Of a stretch of DNA of 64,000 bases, positions 1 to 10,611 are shown piece after piece. The stretch's first letter is position 1; each line of letters opens with the position of its first letter. The DNA comes from an uncultured Candidatus Saccharibacteria bacterium. Its GTDB lineage: Bacteria > Patescibacteriota > Minisyncoccia > Phycocordibacterales > DATDWN01. The notes beneath the pieces were generated by a model. It had not been told where the DNA came from. It was given only the letters and a program-made list of their open reading frames with translations, and made no database searches. The stretch covers positions 15,439 through 79,438 of the forward strand of contig CAZKCA010000004.1 in NCBI GenBank assembly GCA_964551495.1. The letters are read 5' to 3'. A program made the position numbers and the translations under genes.

Positions 1-994
1 TGGTTAATCTCTTAAATCCATCTTCATCATAAGGAAACCTCATCGATTCTATGAGTAGATCTAAAGAAACTGTTGCCAATGATATTGTTGTATCAGTTGA
101 ACCATAATAAATATATAGATCTTTATTTTTAATAATTGCACCACTTGGAAATATAGTATTTGGAACAGTTCCATATATTTCATATTGTTCTTCTGGAACC
201 AAAATAGGACCTCTTGTTTTACCTATAACTTTTAATGGATTCTTAAGATCCAAAAGAAGACACTCTATACCAAATATTTTATGAGAAGATAAGTAGTTTT
301 GAATATGAGCGTAAACTAAAATCCATCCGTGTTTGGTTTTTATAGGACAAGAACCTATTTCTACATGATCACCTGGTTTTTTTGGTATATTAAGAACGTA
401 TTTTTCAAAATTTTTATACCACTTATTCCAAAATTCTTCTGACCATATTTCTTCTATTTTGTTAAACTGAGCCAAAGCAATAAAAGAAGGAGGCATATCT
501 GGATGAACAGTTAAAAGAGCCGTGTATTTACCATTTATCTTTTCCGGAAAAAGAGTCATGGCCTTTGCATTAAAAGGAGTTATGAGATGTTTTTCATCAA
601 CTTTTTTTAAATTTTTACTGATAGCCAAACCAACTCTTATTCCTTGAGCAGAAAAAGGGTGAACAGATAATGCAGTATAGAAAGTATAATATTTGGAACC
701 AATTTTAGTCACCCTAGGATCTTCGCAACCAAATCTTTCCCATTTTTCTTCTGGAAAAATAAACTGTTCTCTATTTTTAAAATTAATACCGTCACGACTA
801 GTTGCTTTACTTATAGTAGAAAGAGAAAATACATCACTCCCCACTTTTTCTGGTAAAGACTGGGCCCTATATAATATTTCTATATTAGAACCAACCAAAA
901 CAGGATTAGCATTAAACACAGCATAACCTTCAGAAGAATGACCTTTTTGTGGACCTAGTAATGGATTTTTTTGATTTCTTTTTACGACAAACAT
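1..994 (-). CDS. GH130-family glycosidase/mannoside phosphorylase (3' end runs off window)
   Basis: Not in the ORF track; read manually from ATG at 994: MFVVKRNQKNPLLGP...AVFNANPV...GCEDPRVTKIG...LFPEKINGKY...GAIIKNKDLYIYYGSTD. Same motifs as the neighbouring GH130 ORF. Confidence 0.85.
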   Translation of the reverse strand, partial: MFVVKRNQKNPLLGPQKGHSSEGYAVFNANPVLVGSNIEILYRAQSLPEKVGSDVFSLSTISKATSRDGINFKNREQFIFPEEKWERFGCEDPRVTKIGSKYYTFYTALSVHPFSAQGIRVGLAISKNLKKVDEKHLITPFNAKAMTLFPEKINGKYTALLTVHPDMPPSFIALAQFNKIEEIWSEEFWNKWYKNFEKYVLNIPKKPGDHVEIGSCPIKTKHGWILVYAHIQNYLSSHKIFGIECLLLDLKNPLKVIGKTRGPILVPEEQYEIYGTVPNTIFPSGAIIKNKDLYIYYGSTDTTISLATVSLDLLIESMRFPYDEDGFKRLT

Positions 995-1001
995 TTTTGT
1001 A

Positions 1002-2885
1002 TTATATCATTCTTTCAGAAACTTTTTTTAAACTATAAGTTTCTTCTGGCTCATTAACTAAATAATTTAATAAATCATGTAACTTTGTTGTTGCTACACA
1101 AATAACCTTATCTCCTCCTCCGTAGTATATATACAGATCATCATCTTTTATTGTTGCCCCAGAATTATAAACAACACCAGGTTTGCCATCATTTTCATAA
1201 TGCATATCAGGAGAAAGAATTGGTCTAGGTGATCTATGGAGAATTTTTGTTGGATCTTCTAAGTCAAGAATCATAGCACCTAGCTTATACTTATTTGGAT
1301 CAAACTTATCCATAGCATGATAAAACAAAAGCCAACCTAAAGAAGTTTTAAGAGGAGGAGGTCCGGCTCCACGCATTTTGTTATCCCAGTATTTTTCCCT
1401 TCCACCTTTAGGAGGAGAACTTTTTATATATTTTGTTCCATCAAATTCATCTAGATTATCCACATAGTCAACAAGTATTTTTGGAGAAATTCCATGAAGT
1501 ATCGCATACTTACCATTTATTTTCTCAGGAAACAAAACCCAATTCTTATGAACTTCACCTGGAGGAGATATTAAAACAGGTTTTTTCCATCTCCAATTTC
1601 CTTTTTTAAAATCCTCATTACTTATTGAAGTAATGGCTATCCTAACAGAATACCAACCCTCAAAAGCCACATAAATCATATAGATCCTATCCCCTATTTT
1701 TACCGCTCTTGGATCTTCAGCTCCGGCCCAGCCCCCACCAGAAGTATAATATGCTGGATGATATCCGATAGGACCTTTATATATTTTTCTATCAGGCAAA
1801 CCAAAACCCAAAGATGGTTCAAAAACTGGATAATCTAATCTTTTTGCAAAAGATACCCCATCTAAACTTTGAGCATAACCAACCCTAGATATACCATCTC
1901 CCCCCATGGCTCTATATAAAACATGAATAACTCCTTCCTCATCTGAAAAAACAGCTGGATTAAAGACAGCTTCTGACTCCCATTCATTATCAGGATGTGG
2001 TTGCATTATTGGGTTTAAGATACATCTCTTTAAAACTTCAGCTGTCTTAATGTGAGGAATTAAAACATCTCTAAATATTATAGGTACGGATACAACAATT
2101 AAAGAAGAGTTGTCCAAAAGCCAATAAGCGTTTATTTTCTGATTTGAAATTACTATACCCAAACAAACAAGTTTAGAATTTTTATTTGAGGTTTCTATTA
2201 TTGATTGAATTACTGGATCATCCCCTCTCCAAAGGAGCCTTTTATCGTTATCTTTGTCAATCAATACGGCCCCCATCTGTAACAAAACTTTATTTTTATT
2301 ATGTAAAGATGAATCATAAAATAATAATGTGCCTCTCTCTGTTTTAAATCCACCTACTATACTTATCGGATCTTCATCAAACTTACCTCCTCTTGAAGTA
2401 AACAACAAAACAGGGTTGGTTTTCCATTTAGATATGGAATCAGATATATTTACTTTAACAAAAAGCCCGTCTCTCCATAATTCATATTTATCTAAATGTT
2501 CGTTGTAAGTAAGACTGGACCTGGCTGAATCCAAAGCTTCAATTTCTGATTTATAGGACCACAAATAACCATCTTTTGAGTGGCAAACTATTATTTTTTT
2601 ATCTTTTTTATCTTCTTTTATATAGGTTAAAACAAAACCTTTAGATGTAGAAGAAATAGAAAAATTATAACAGTGTGATAATTTTTCTTCTTTTTTATTT
2701 TTATCTAGTATTGAAACTTTTTTTGTATCAGGATAAAAATTTAGACCATCTTTGCTTATAGACAAAAATAAACTCTCTTTTGTCTTAAGTTTATTTTTAG
2801 ATAACATCGCCGAGCACTCTCCAAAATTAAATACAGCTAATGGCTCTCCTGTTATTTTTTTAGACTTGGCGATATTTTTTTTCAT
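1002..2885 (-). CDS. GH130-family glycosidase with an extra degenerate N-terminal domain
   Basis: C-terminal half has NPIM..P, AVFNPAV, GAEDPRAV, KNWVLFPEKINGKY, GAGPPPLKT.LGWLLFYH, YYGGGD motifs. Confidence 0.85.
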   Translation of the reverse strand: MKKNIAKSKKITGEPLAVFNFGECSAMLSKNKLKTKESLFLSISKDGLNFYPDTKKVSILDKNKKEEKLSHCYNFSISSTSKGFVLTYIKEDKKDKKIIVCHSKDGYLWSYKSEIEALDSARSSLTYNEHLDKYELWRDGLFVKVNISDSISKWKTNPVLLFTSRGGKFDEDPISIVGGFKTERGTLLFYDSSLHNKNKVLLQMGAVLIDKDNDKRLLWRGDDPVIQSIIETSNKNSKLVCLGIVISNQKINAYWLLDNSSLIVVSVPIIFRDVLIPHIKTAEVLKRCILNPIMQPHPDNEWESEAVFNPAVFSDEEGVIHVLYRAMGGDGISRVGYAQSLDGVSFAKRLDYPVFEPSLGFGLPDRKIYKGPIGYHPAYYTSGGGWAGAEDPRAVKIGDRIYMIYVAFEGWYSVRIAITSISNEDFKKGNWRWKKPVLISPPGEVHKNWVLFPEKINGKYAILHGISPKILVDYVDNLDEFDGTKYIKSSPPKGGREKYWDNKMRGAGPPPLKTSLGWLLFYHAMDKFDPNKYKLGAMILDLEDPTKILHRSPRPILSPDMHYENDGKPGVVYNSGATIKDDDLYIYYGGGDKVICVATTKLHDLLNYLVNEPEETYSLKKVSERMI

Positions 2886-3232
2886 GATACTCTATTGTAC
2901 TTATCTTCTATTCTAATTATATCATTCTCATCAAAATCACCTTTGGAAATTTCTAGAATAACAACATCGTCGTTGGGAGCACTTATTCTATGGTTAACAC
3001 CTTTGGGGACAATAAAATCTTGACCTGCGCTGGCAGTAATTTTATCTTGACCTATTGTAATCTCAGGGTTACCAAGAATAACTCTCCAAAACTCTTCTCT
3101 ATTTTGATGATATTGAAGACTTAAAACTTCACCTTTATTTACATAAATTAATTTGACAGTAGATAGTTCATTGTGTGTAAACATATCAAATGAACCCCAA
3201 GGTCTATCCTCGTGTACAGTATTCATAATCAT
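2882..3232 (-). CDS. Mannose-6-phosphate isomerase type II-like cupin
   Basis: RPWGSF, LSLQYHQNREEFW, HRI, EIS.G..DENDIIRIED motifs of the ManC/PMI C-terminal cupin. Confidence 0.85.
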   Translation of the reverse strand: MIMNTVHEDRPWGSFDMFTHNELSTVKLIYVNKGEVLSLQYHQNREEFWRVILGNPEITIGQDKITASAGQDFIVPKGVNHRISAPNDDVVILEISKGDFDENDIIRIEDKYNRVS

Positions 3233-3289
3233 ATTGTATCATAACAAAACAAGCACAAATAATAGCTTTTTTAGTGACTGTGTATAACT

Positions 3290-4042
3290 CTATATATATC
3301 TAGAAATCTCCTTCGCTGTCTCTTCTGGACCACTAACTGAAATAGTCAAAACACCAGTTCGCTTGACGCTCTCATCATTACCACCAGGAAATAAAGCGTC
3401 TCCAAAAAAGACAATGTCTTCCGTTTTACACTCCAAAACTTCTATTATTTTACCGATAGCATAAGCTTTATCTATACCTTTAGGAGTTATATCTATAGAA
3501 GTTGTTCCTCCTATTTTTATTTCAAAGTCAGAAAGCTCATCTTTAATCTGATTTACAATTTTTTGACGTTTAGAGTTATCTTTATCCCAAAGCTCTTTAA
3601 CTTCTAGTGGAGCCTTCTGCCCACAACCAGAAAAAGTTATTTGACCTCCCCTGTCTTCTATAATATCCCCAAAAGAATTAGATACATCTATACCCAAAGT
3701 ATCTAGTGCCCTGTTTAAACTATTAATTATTCTTTCTTTATCTTCTTCTTTTAGTTTTTCTTCATAAATAACCACCCAAGCATCAGCATCTTTGCTATAT
3801 CCATAACAAGCCGTTCCATTAGTTGGAAATATAAATAAATTTTCCTTCCTATCTGAGCTACATTTTATCTGAGAAAGAAATTGACTTTTAAATTGACCAA
3901 AAGCCGCTCCAGAAATAACAGCAAAACGATTTTTTTCTAAAACCTTACAAATAATTTCTGCCATCTCTTTAGATAAATTAGCCTTACTTAATGCTAATGT
4001 TCCATCTAAATCACAGACAATAACTTTATTAAAATCAGACAT
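3290..4042 (-). CDS. HAD-IIB hydrolase, phosphomannomutase-like
   Basis: DLDGTL motif I, IEDRGGQITFS, IGGTTSIDITPKGIDKAY, FFGDALFPGGND. Confidence 0.8.
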   Translation of the reverse strand: MSDFNKVIVCDLDGTLALSKANLSKEMAEIICKVLEKNRFAVISGAAFGQFKSQFLSQIKCSSDRKENLFIFPTNGTACYGYSKDADAWVVIYEEKLKEEDKERIINSLNRALDTLGIDVSNSFGDIIEDRGGQITFSGCGQKAPLEVKELWDKDNSKRQKIVNQIKDELSDFEIKIGGTTSIDITPKGIDKAYAIGKIIEVLECKTEDIVFFGDALFPGGNDESVKRTGVLTISVSGPEETAKEISRYI

Positions 4043-4056
4043 ATTTTTATATTATA

Positions 4057-5178
4057 TCAGATAACATCTACACCTACGGCATCACTTATATTCCTAAAAC
4101 GATCTCTTTTTAATAAATACGAAAGATCTTTGTTTATTTGACCAACATTTTGCGGACCTTCATATATAAGTCCAGTTATCATTTGAACCAAAGATGCTCC
4201 CATTCTAATTTTTTTATAAGCGTCCTCAGCTGAAAACACTCCTCCACAACCTATCAACACAAATCTTTTTGGATATCTTCTGTATATATACGATATAAAA
4301 TCATCTGACTTGTCTTGAACAATCTTACCGCTCATACCACCAACAGGAGGAAGTATATCTTCGACTATTTTAGGATTATCCCTTTTTTTAGTTAGGTTTG
4401 TAGATATTATACCGTCTATTTTATGTTGGTCTGCTATATCCAATATTCTATTTAAATCATCTAAAGACATATCTGGAGATAATTTCAAAAATATTGGTTT
4501 TTTTGTATTTATTTGATCTATTTCAAATAAAAGTTTTTCTAGATTTTCTGGGACCGAAAAAGGTTGTCCTCCTTCTGCATTTGGACAACTTATATTTATA
4601 GTAAAATAATGCCCAATATCTACAAACGCAATAAATGCTTTTTTGTAATCTTGTACAGCATTTGTCAGATCTAAATTTTCTTTACAATTGGTCATTGCAA
4701 TACTTGTTCCAACTGGAATTACAAATTTTTTATTTCTTAAAAAATTTGAGATATACTCTGAACCTTTATTTTTTAAACCATAATAGACCACTAAAGCTTC
4801 TGATTTTGGTAGTCTCCATAATCTTGGTTTTGGATTGCCTTCACAATAATTTCCAGTAATAGAACCGACTTCAACAAATCCAAAACCAACATATGGCATA
4901 ATTTCTGTTAAAACCGCATCCTTATCGAATCCAGCGGCTAAACCTATTGGATTTTCAAAATTAATACCTAATATGTTTTGACTTAAAACACTACTCTTAT
5001 AATTAAAACTTAAACTAGTCAAAAATCTAAAAATAGAATAGCGACCCAAAAACACGCCAATCCTAACCATAAAATCATGGACTTTTTCAGGATCATTAAT
5101 AAAAAAAATAGGCTTTAATATATATTTATAACAAAACCTAAAAAAATTATTTCTTAATTGGATAATATAGTCCAACAT
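4057..5178 (-). CDS. pyrD: Dihydroorotate dehydrogenase (quinone), class 2
   Basis: NPIGLAAGFDKD, GNPKPRLWRL, NISCPN, KLSPD, GGMSGK, GASLVQ motifs. Confidence 0.92.
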   Translation of the reverse strand: MLDYIIQLRNNFFRFCYKYILKPIFFINDPEKVHDFMVRIGVFLGRYSIFRFLTSLSFNYKSSVLSQNILGINFENPIGLAAGFDKDAVLTEIMPYVGFGFVEVGSITGNYCEGNPKPRLWRLPKSEALVVYYGLKNKGSEYISNFLRNKKFVIPVGTSIAMTNCKENLDLTNAVQDYKKAFIAFVDIGHYFTINISCPNAEGGQPFSVPENLEKLLFEIDQINTKKPIFLKLSPDMSLDDLNRILDIADQHKIDGIISTNLTKKRDNPKIVEDILPPVGGMSGKIVQDKSDDFISYIYRRYPKRFVLIGCGGVFSAEDAYKKIRMGASLVQMITGLIYEGPQNVGQINKDLSYLLKRDRFRNISDAVGVDVI

Positions 5179-5209
5179 TAACTTTATTATACACCTAAAT
5201 TGTAGGAAA

Positions 5210-6310
5210 TTAATGGTGGTGACCTTGGTGCATACTTATTTCGTTTGGTTTTATAAACATTACAGCTAAAAAGGTAGTTATTGGAACCGTCAGAATTAAC
5301 CCTATACTACCAACAATAGTTCTTACGATTTCAGTAGAAAATACCTCACTATTTATTATCTTTAATATACTTGTATCAGATTGAGATATTAAAAGAAGTA
5401 GTGGCAAAGAAACACTTGTATATGCTAACACTAATGTATTAACCAAAGAGCTTGTATGATCTTTCCCAACTTTTATAGCCTTAAGATATAAATCCTTTTT
5501 AGACAAATTGGAATTAGCTGATTTAAGTTCTCCTACAACAGAAACTTGGGTTACAGCTATATCATCCAAAACACCCAAAACACCTATAATAATTGCTCCC
5601 AAAAGTAAGCCTTGAAAATCTAAAGTTCCTCCTGTATTAAAGTTTAAAAAAACAGCTTCATCAGAAAAAAATCCCGTTAATTTAGTAAAACTAATAGCAA
5701 AATTGGCTAAAAATCCTGTAAATAAAACAGCAATTACGGTTCCACCAAATGCAACCGATGAGTGTTTATTAAATCCATGAGTAAAATATATTGCAAAAAA
5801 TAAAATTAGCGCACCAATAAAAATACTTGTCCAAACTGGATTGTATCCCTTTATAACAAGCGGTAAAAGAACATAAATTATAACTACAAAACTGGCGATA
5901 AGGGATAGAATAGACCTGACTCCTTGCAAACCACTAAATAAAACAACAACCAAAACAAATAAAGCAACTATAAATAATATAGGATTTTGTCGATCTATAT
6001 CTCTTATGGAGTAAAGTTCTGTTCCGTTTGGAGTAGAAATATAACTAAAAAAGAACCTGTCTCCAACATTTAAATCAAAAAGATCATTCTCTATTTCTAT
6101 AATTTGACCTTTTTTAGACCCTTCTAAAACTTCAGCTTTTAAATACTGAATACTAGAAATAGCTCCTGTCCCAGGAATAACTCTTTGTTCTTCGGAAATA
6201 ACTCCAACCACTTCTGCTCTTATTATTTCTGATAAATTACTATCTAACTCCTGACCAAATGATAAAATTGGATGAAGCAAAAATACCAATAATATAAGAA
6301 TTTTTTTCAT
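5210..6310 (-). CDS. YibE/F-family membrane protein
   Basis: GAIIIGVLGVLDDIAVTQ and NTLVLAY motifs; multiple TM helices. Confidence 0.85.
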   Translation of the reverse strand: MKKILILLVFLLHPILSFGQELDSNLSEIIRAEVVGVISEEQRVIPGTGAISSIQYLKAEVLEGSKKGQIIEIENDLFDLNVGDRFFFSYISTPNGTELYSIRDIDRQNPILFIVALFVLVVVLFSGLQGVRSILSLIASFVVIIYVLLPLVIKGYNPVWTSIFIGALILFFAIYFTHGFNKHSSVAFGGTVIAVLFTGFLANFAISFTKLTGFFSDEAVFLNFNTGGTLDFQGLLLGAIIIGVLGVLDDIAVTQVSVVGELKSANSNLSKKDLYLKAIKVGKDHTSSLVNTLVLAYTSVSLPLLLLISQSDTSILKIINSEVFSTEIVRTIVGSIGLILTVPITTFLAVMFIKPNEISMHQGHHH

Positions 6311-6325
6311 TATAAATCTATGAAT

Positions 6326-6829
6326 TTAAGCTTCTATAAATTCAACTCCAGAAGGAAGAGTAAACACAGAAGGATCTACTACCCAACCCTTACATGTATA
6401 ATCCAAATTCTGACCATAATCAAAAGATTGTGAAGTATTTTCTTCGGCTCCACCTTTTTCTACTGGAACTTTATAACCCTGGGAAGTCATATCAGTCCAT
6501 GTATATACAGAAGCTCCATCACTTATCATATAACTCTTTATAACCATATTAGCCACAGCAACATTTGAGGTAAAATTTCCTCTAATTTTTTCATCGGTAA
6601 TATAAACCACACCATTTGATGTGCCAACACCGGTGGTATGTGAAAAAGTACACTCATAATTACCTCCCCTTTTGGCCAAATCCAAGATAGAACTATTAAT
6701 TTTTTCTTCAGTAGTAGTGTCTACAAATTCATTACTATTTGTCTCTACCAATTTATCAGATTTATTAAAATAATAAATACCTAAAGAGGTTAAAATAATA
6801 ATAACAACAGTAATAATACCTATTTTCAT
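6326..6829 (-). CDS. Hypothetical secreted/membrane-anchored protein
   Basis: N-terminal hydrophobic helix; two Cys; C-terminal FTLPSGVEF. Confidence 0.65.
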   Translation of the reverse strand: MKIGIITVVIIILTSLGIYYFNKSDKLVETNSNEFVDTTTEEKINSSILDLAKRGGNYECTFSHTTGVGTSNGVVYITDEKIRGNFTSNVAVANMVIKSYMISDGASVYTWTDMTSQGYKVPVEKGGAEENTSQSFDYGQNLDYTCKGWVVDPSVFTLPSGVEFIEA

Positions 6830-6875
6830 TTTCTATAAATTTAAAATTATAATGCTTGAAATTATACCAAAATTA

Positions 6876-7394
6876 TTAATTATCGAAAAACACAGGCATA
6901 GATACAGAGTCAGCATTTTCAGGTAAACCAGATGGATTATCTTTTTCAAAAACCAAATATCCTATATCGCCTACAGAATTTTGAAAATTGATAGTTACAC
7001 TAAAAGGAACATAGTCCTCTGTCATCCAATCTCCTTCGGCTTGAGCTATACCTACCGCTATCTCATTTCCATCTTCATCCAAAAGCCTTACAGGGAAACT
7101 TGCTTCAAAAAACCAATAACCTCTTGCTTGTCCTTTAATAACCAAAGGAGAAGATATTAAGTTACCTGATTTTGGAGATGTCACTCTTAATAAATCTTTG
7201 TATTGAAAATCTCCAATCTCCTCTACAAATAAGTTACCGTTGTCACTACATTGTCTAGGATAAGATTCCATTACAGGATTCCCTTTTTGGACACACTCCT
7301 CAAAATTAGTAGCTAATTTTGAATCTTTATTCATCCAAAAATAAGCAACACCAATTAATACCAATAATAAGATTAAATATAATATTTTTTTCAT
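6876..7394 (-). CDS. Gmad2 immunoglobulin-like domain protein
   Basis: Signal anchor; FEECV..GNPVMESYPRQC; G.ARGYWFFEASFPV; DNPSGLPE. Confidence 0.75.
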   Translation of the reverse strand: MKKILYLILLLVLIGVAYFWMNKDSKLATNFEECVQKGNPVMESYPRQCSDNGNLFVEEIGDFQYKDLLRVTSPKSGNLISSPLVIKGQARGYWFFEASFPVRLLDEDGNEIAVGIAQAEGDWMTEDYVPFSVTINFQNSVGDIGYLVFEKDNPSGLPENADSVSMPVFFDN

Positions 7395-7407
7395 CTTTCT
7401 ATTTTAA

Positions 7408-8148
7408 TTATTTTTTGTTAAAACCCTCCAGAGCTTTCAATATTTCCAACGGTATCATATAAACCACCGTATTACTTTGATCTGATGACATATCATTCAC
7501 AGATTGTAAGGTTCTAAGATGTAGTGCTCCAGGAGTTTTTGCTAACATTTCAGCAGCCTTAGCTAGATTTTGTGAAGCAGCTAGTTCTCCTTCAGAGTTA
7601 ATTATAACAGCTCTTTTCTCTCTTTCGGCTTCGGCTTGTTTACCTATGGTTCTTTCAAGATCAGGAGGAAGACTTACATCTTTTAATTCAACATTAGAAA
7701 CCTTAAGACCCCAAGCATCTGTCTCTTGATCAACTATCTGTCTAATTCTATCAGCAATTTTATCTCTACTTGAAAGTAATTCATCAAGAGTTACCTCACC
7801 CACTATATTTCTCATTGTTGTTTGGGTATACTGAGATATAGCATATCTAAAATCTTCTACCTCTATAATCGCTTTTTCTGCTTCAGAAACTTTGTAATAA
7901 ATAACAGCATTTACCCTAACTGAAACATTATCTCTTGTGATAGCATTTTGATCTGGAACATCCACTGCCTTAACTCTTATATCAACCTTTTGATATGTCT
8001 GAAAAACTGGCCAAACAATTCTCCAGCCAGGATTCATAACACTACTAAATTTACCGAAGGTAAATTTAACTCCTCTCTCATATTGATTTACTTGTTTTAT
8101 ACTAGACAAAACAAGTAATATAAAAAATGTAAATATTATATATGGCAT
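7408..8148 (-). CDS. SPFH/stomatin (band 7) protein
   Basis: QYERGVKF, ITRDNVSV, QTTMRNIVGE, QAEAEREKRA, ALHLRTLQ. Confidence 0.92.
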   Translation of the reverse strand: MPYIIFTFFILLVLSSIKQVNQYERGVKFTFGKFSSVMNPGWRIVWPVFQTYQKVDIRVKAVDVPDQNAITRDNVSVRVNAVIYYKVSEAEKAIIEVEDFRYAISQYTQTTMRNIVGEVTLDELLSSRDKIADRIRQIVDQETDAWGLKVSNVELKDVSLPPDLERTIGKQAEAEREKRAVIINSEGELAASQNLAKAAEMLAKTPGALHLRTLQSVNDMSSDQSNTVVYMIPLEILKALEGFNKK

Positions 8149-8152
8149 AGAT

Positions 8153-9352
8153 TTAATTTATATTATTAATAGACTTTCTTCTGCTATATAAATATAACAA
8201 TATAATACAAACAAGTAAAAAACCTAAGAAATATAGCCAGTATTTTTGCACAAAATCCATTACATTAGGAGGATTTATATCTATACCTACTTCCCTTATG
8301 TTTCCAGCATTATCAAAAGCTCTAACTATTACATGCAATTTTGATCCAGTTTTTATCGGAACCTGAAAAGGACTTTCTGATTCAACAAAAACAGGAGAGA
8401 CCGTAAGTGGTTCTGTTTTATCAATTATTCCAACTTCGTATCTATTTATGCCTGATAAATTATCCGTAGTAAAAAATGATACCAATACCCTCTCTACTAC
8501 TATAGTACTTGCCAATAAATAATTTACCTCTGGCTCAAACATAGCAGGAGGATTTGTATCTATTTTTATAATATAGGAACCGGTCTGTCCCCATATTCCA
8601 TTTTTATTTGATTTTATATGAAAATACCAAACACCATCCTCTAAATCTTGAAATTGAATAGTTGTATCTTCTGTATCAACTGTGTTATCAGGAATTGTAT
8701 TTGGTTGATTGTCTAGCACATAACTAAATCCAGAAACCCCTCCCTCTTTCTCCCATGATAATATTGGATTATTATTCTTAGACCAATCACCTTCTACAGG
8801 ATGAGTTTCAGAAAAAATATTAACTCCAATAGGTGGCTTAGATACAATAAAATAATCTGATCTGCCTAAATTTACCCTTGCTTCACTACCTAAACCATCG
8901 TTCAACAAAACCTTTGATCCTGAATCTATATAAACTGAAGCCTTTCCTGTTGACTTTGCTTTAAAAGTAATTACCCCCACCAAACCTGAAGAAGTTTTTA
9001 TACCCCCAGGAATAACACCAACATAACTTGCTGTACCTAGTGTATTGTTAAAAACAGGTGGTTCTACCCACACACCAATAATTGAGGTTCCCCCAGAAGG
9101 TTTTACTATAGACAACTTATTTGGATCAAATTTTATTTTTATTTCTACACCATTCACACTCTGATCTTTGGTATCAATTAAAATAGGAACCTCGAAGGTT
9201 GATTCTTGAACAAAAGAACCGCTAGATGGAGATAGAGATAGTGTAACTTTAGGTACTAAGTTGTCTGCATCTATATCAATAGTTTGAGCAAAAGAAACAT
9301 CATTAAAAACTAATGAGCAAAAAACGATTATTAATAAAATTAATTTTTTCAT
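8153..9352 (-). CDS. Cohesin-domain surface protein with C-terminal TM anchor
   Basis: Signal peptide; FEVPILIDT..VNGVE..IKFDPNKL..W...P....G...F.AK..G.A; Ig-like repeats; C-terminal TM. Confidence 0.75.
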   Translation of the reverse strand: MKKLILLIIVFCSLVFNDVSFAQTIDIDADNLVPKVTLSLSPSSGSFVQESTFEVPILIDTKDQSVNGVEIKIKFDPNKLSIVKPSGGTSIIGVWVEPPVFNNTLGTASYVGVIPGGIKTSSGLVGVITFKAKSTGKASVYIDSGSKVLLNDGLGSEARVNLGRSDYFIVSKPPIGVNIFSETHPVEGDWSKNNNPILSWEKEGGVSGFSYVLDNQPNTIPDNTVDTEDTTIQFQDLEDGVWYFHIKSNKNGIWGQTGSYIIKIDTNPPAMFEPEVNYLLASTIVVERVLVSFFTTDNLSGINRYEVGIIDKTEPLTVSPVFVESESPFQVPIKTGSKLHVIVRAFDNAGNIREVGIDINPPNVMDFVQKYWLYFLGFLLVCIILLYLYSRRKSINNIN

Positions 9353-10611
9353 GTTTTCTCAATATCTTTAATTTCTTTGATTATTATATCTTCCGCTTCA
9401 CTTAAATCCTTTTTTATTTCTTTTATTTTTTCTCTTTCTGAAGTAGAGATCTTTCTATAAGCAACATCATCCACATCTTCATTTATTATTTTAAAAGATC
9501 TTCTAACAATATCTTGAGCTTCTCTAGATTCTTTTTTTATTTTTTTCAAAAGTAATCTATTTTTAATCGACATGAAATGATTTTTGAAAATAAAATACAA
9601 AAGAATTATTAATAACAAAAACAAAATACCTCTAACTCTCATACTCGTATCTAGAAAAATATTTCCAACTCTAACAATAACCTCATTTGACCTACCACTG
9701 TAATCAAGATTATCATCAACAACAACAGACCAAACTCTATAAAAACCGGACTTTAGACTGGCAGGTATAGTAATCGAAAAATTACCATCACTATCAGTTT
9801 TAGAATTTATAAATATTCTTGAACTATTTTGATCATTTTCAAAAGCTATTAAAATCTGACTATCTTTATACTCAGTCCTTCCACACAATAGTTTATCATT
9901 AAAACTTAGACCCAAACTTTGTTCTATTTCAGAATAATCAATAACTAAACACTTCAGATTTTGATCAAGTCTCCCATAAAAAATTTCTGGCGCTTTTAGT
10001 TTTGGATCAACCTCAAAAGCAAAAAAATCTGTTGTAACTTTATTATTTTCAGTAATGTTTAAAACTTCAGATGCAATAGGTGTACTTGGCAAAACATTCT
10101 CTGTTTTCTTATTCTCTTCTTTTTCTGTAAAAACTTTTGGTTTAACTATGAAACTAGATCCAGATAAATTACTAGTTAGATCTGTTCCTAGACCATCGTT
10201 AGCCAATACTTGACCAGATTTAAAATTTATATTTCCTGAACCTTCTTTGTTAGCCTTTAAAACAACATTTAAAACAGTTCCTGTCCCACCAGAAAAACCG
10301 CCCAAAGAAACACCTTCAAATTGAACAGTTCCTGCACCAGAAGAAAAATTAGGTTCTGTAACCCAAAAATTTAATATTGAGTTAGATTTAGATATTGATT
10401 CAATTAAAAAAATAGAAGGAAAAGAGAGTGTTCCAGATACAGCATTTATTGGTAAATCACTTGAAACAAGAATCCTTAAAGTAACCCTATCGCCAACCTC
10501 TAGAGTTCCACTCACAGGACTAGTTGATAAATTAGCCGCTTTTACAAAAAAAGGGAAAAACAAAAAAACAAAAAATAGACCTATTAAAATTTCCCTGATT
10601 TTCTTTTCCAT
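9349..10611 (-). CDS. Cohesin-domain surface protein with TM and cytoplasmic tail
   Basis: INAVSGTLSFP..SILNFWVTEP..LANDGLGT cohesin-like pattern; TM near C-terminus. Confidence 0.7.
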   Translation of the reverse strand: MEKKIREILIGLFFVFLFFPFFVKAANLSTSPVSGTLEVGDRVTLRILVSSDLPINAVSGTLSFPSIFLIESISKSNSILNFWVTEPNFSSGAGTVQFEGVSLGGFSGGTGTVLNVVLKANKEGSGNINFKSGQVLANDGLGTDLTSNLSGSSFIVKPKVFTEKEENKKTENVLPSTPIASEVLNITENNKVTTDFFAFEVDPKLKAPEIFYGRLDQNLKCLVIDYSEIEQSLGLSFNDKLLCGRTEYKDSQILIAFENDQNSSRIFINSKTDSDGNFSITIPASLKSGFYRVWSVVVDDNLDYSGRSNEVIVRVGNIFLDTSMRVRGILFLLLIILLYFIFKNHFMSIKNRLLLKKIKKESREAQDIVRRSFKIINEDVDDVAYRKISTSEREKIKEIKKDLSEAEDIIIKEIKDIEKT

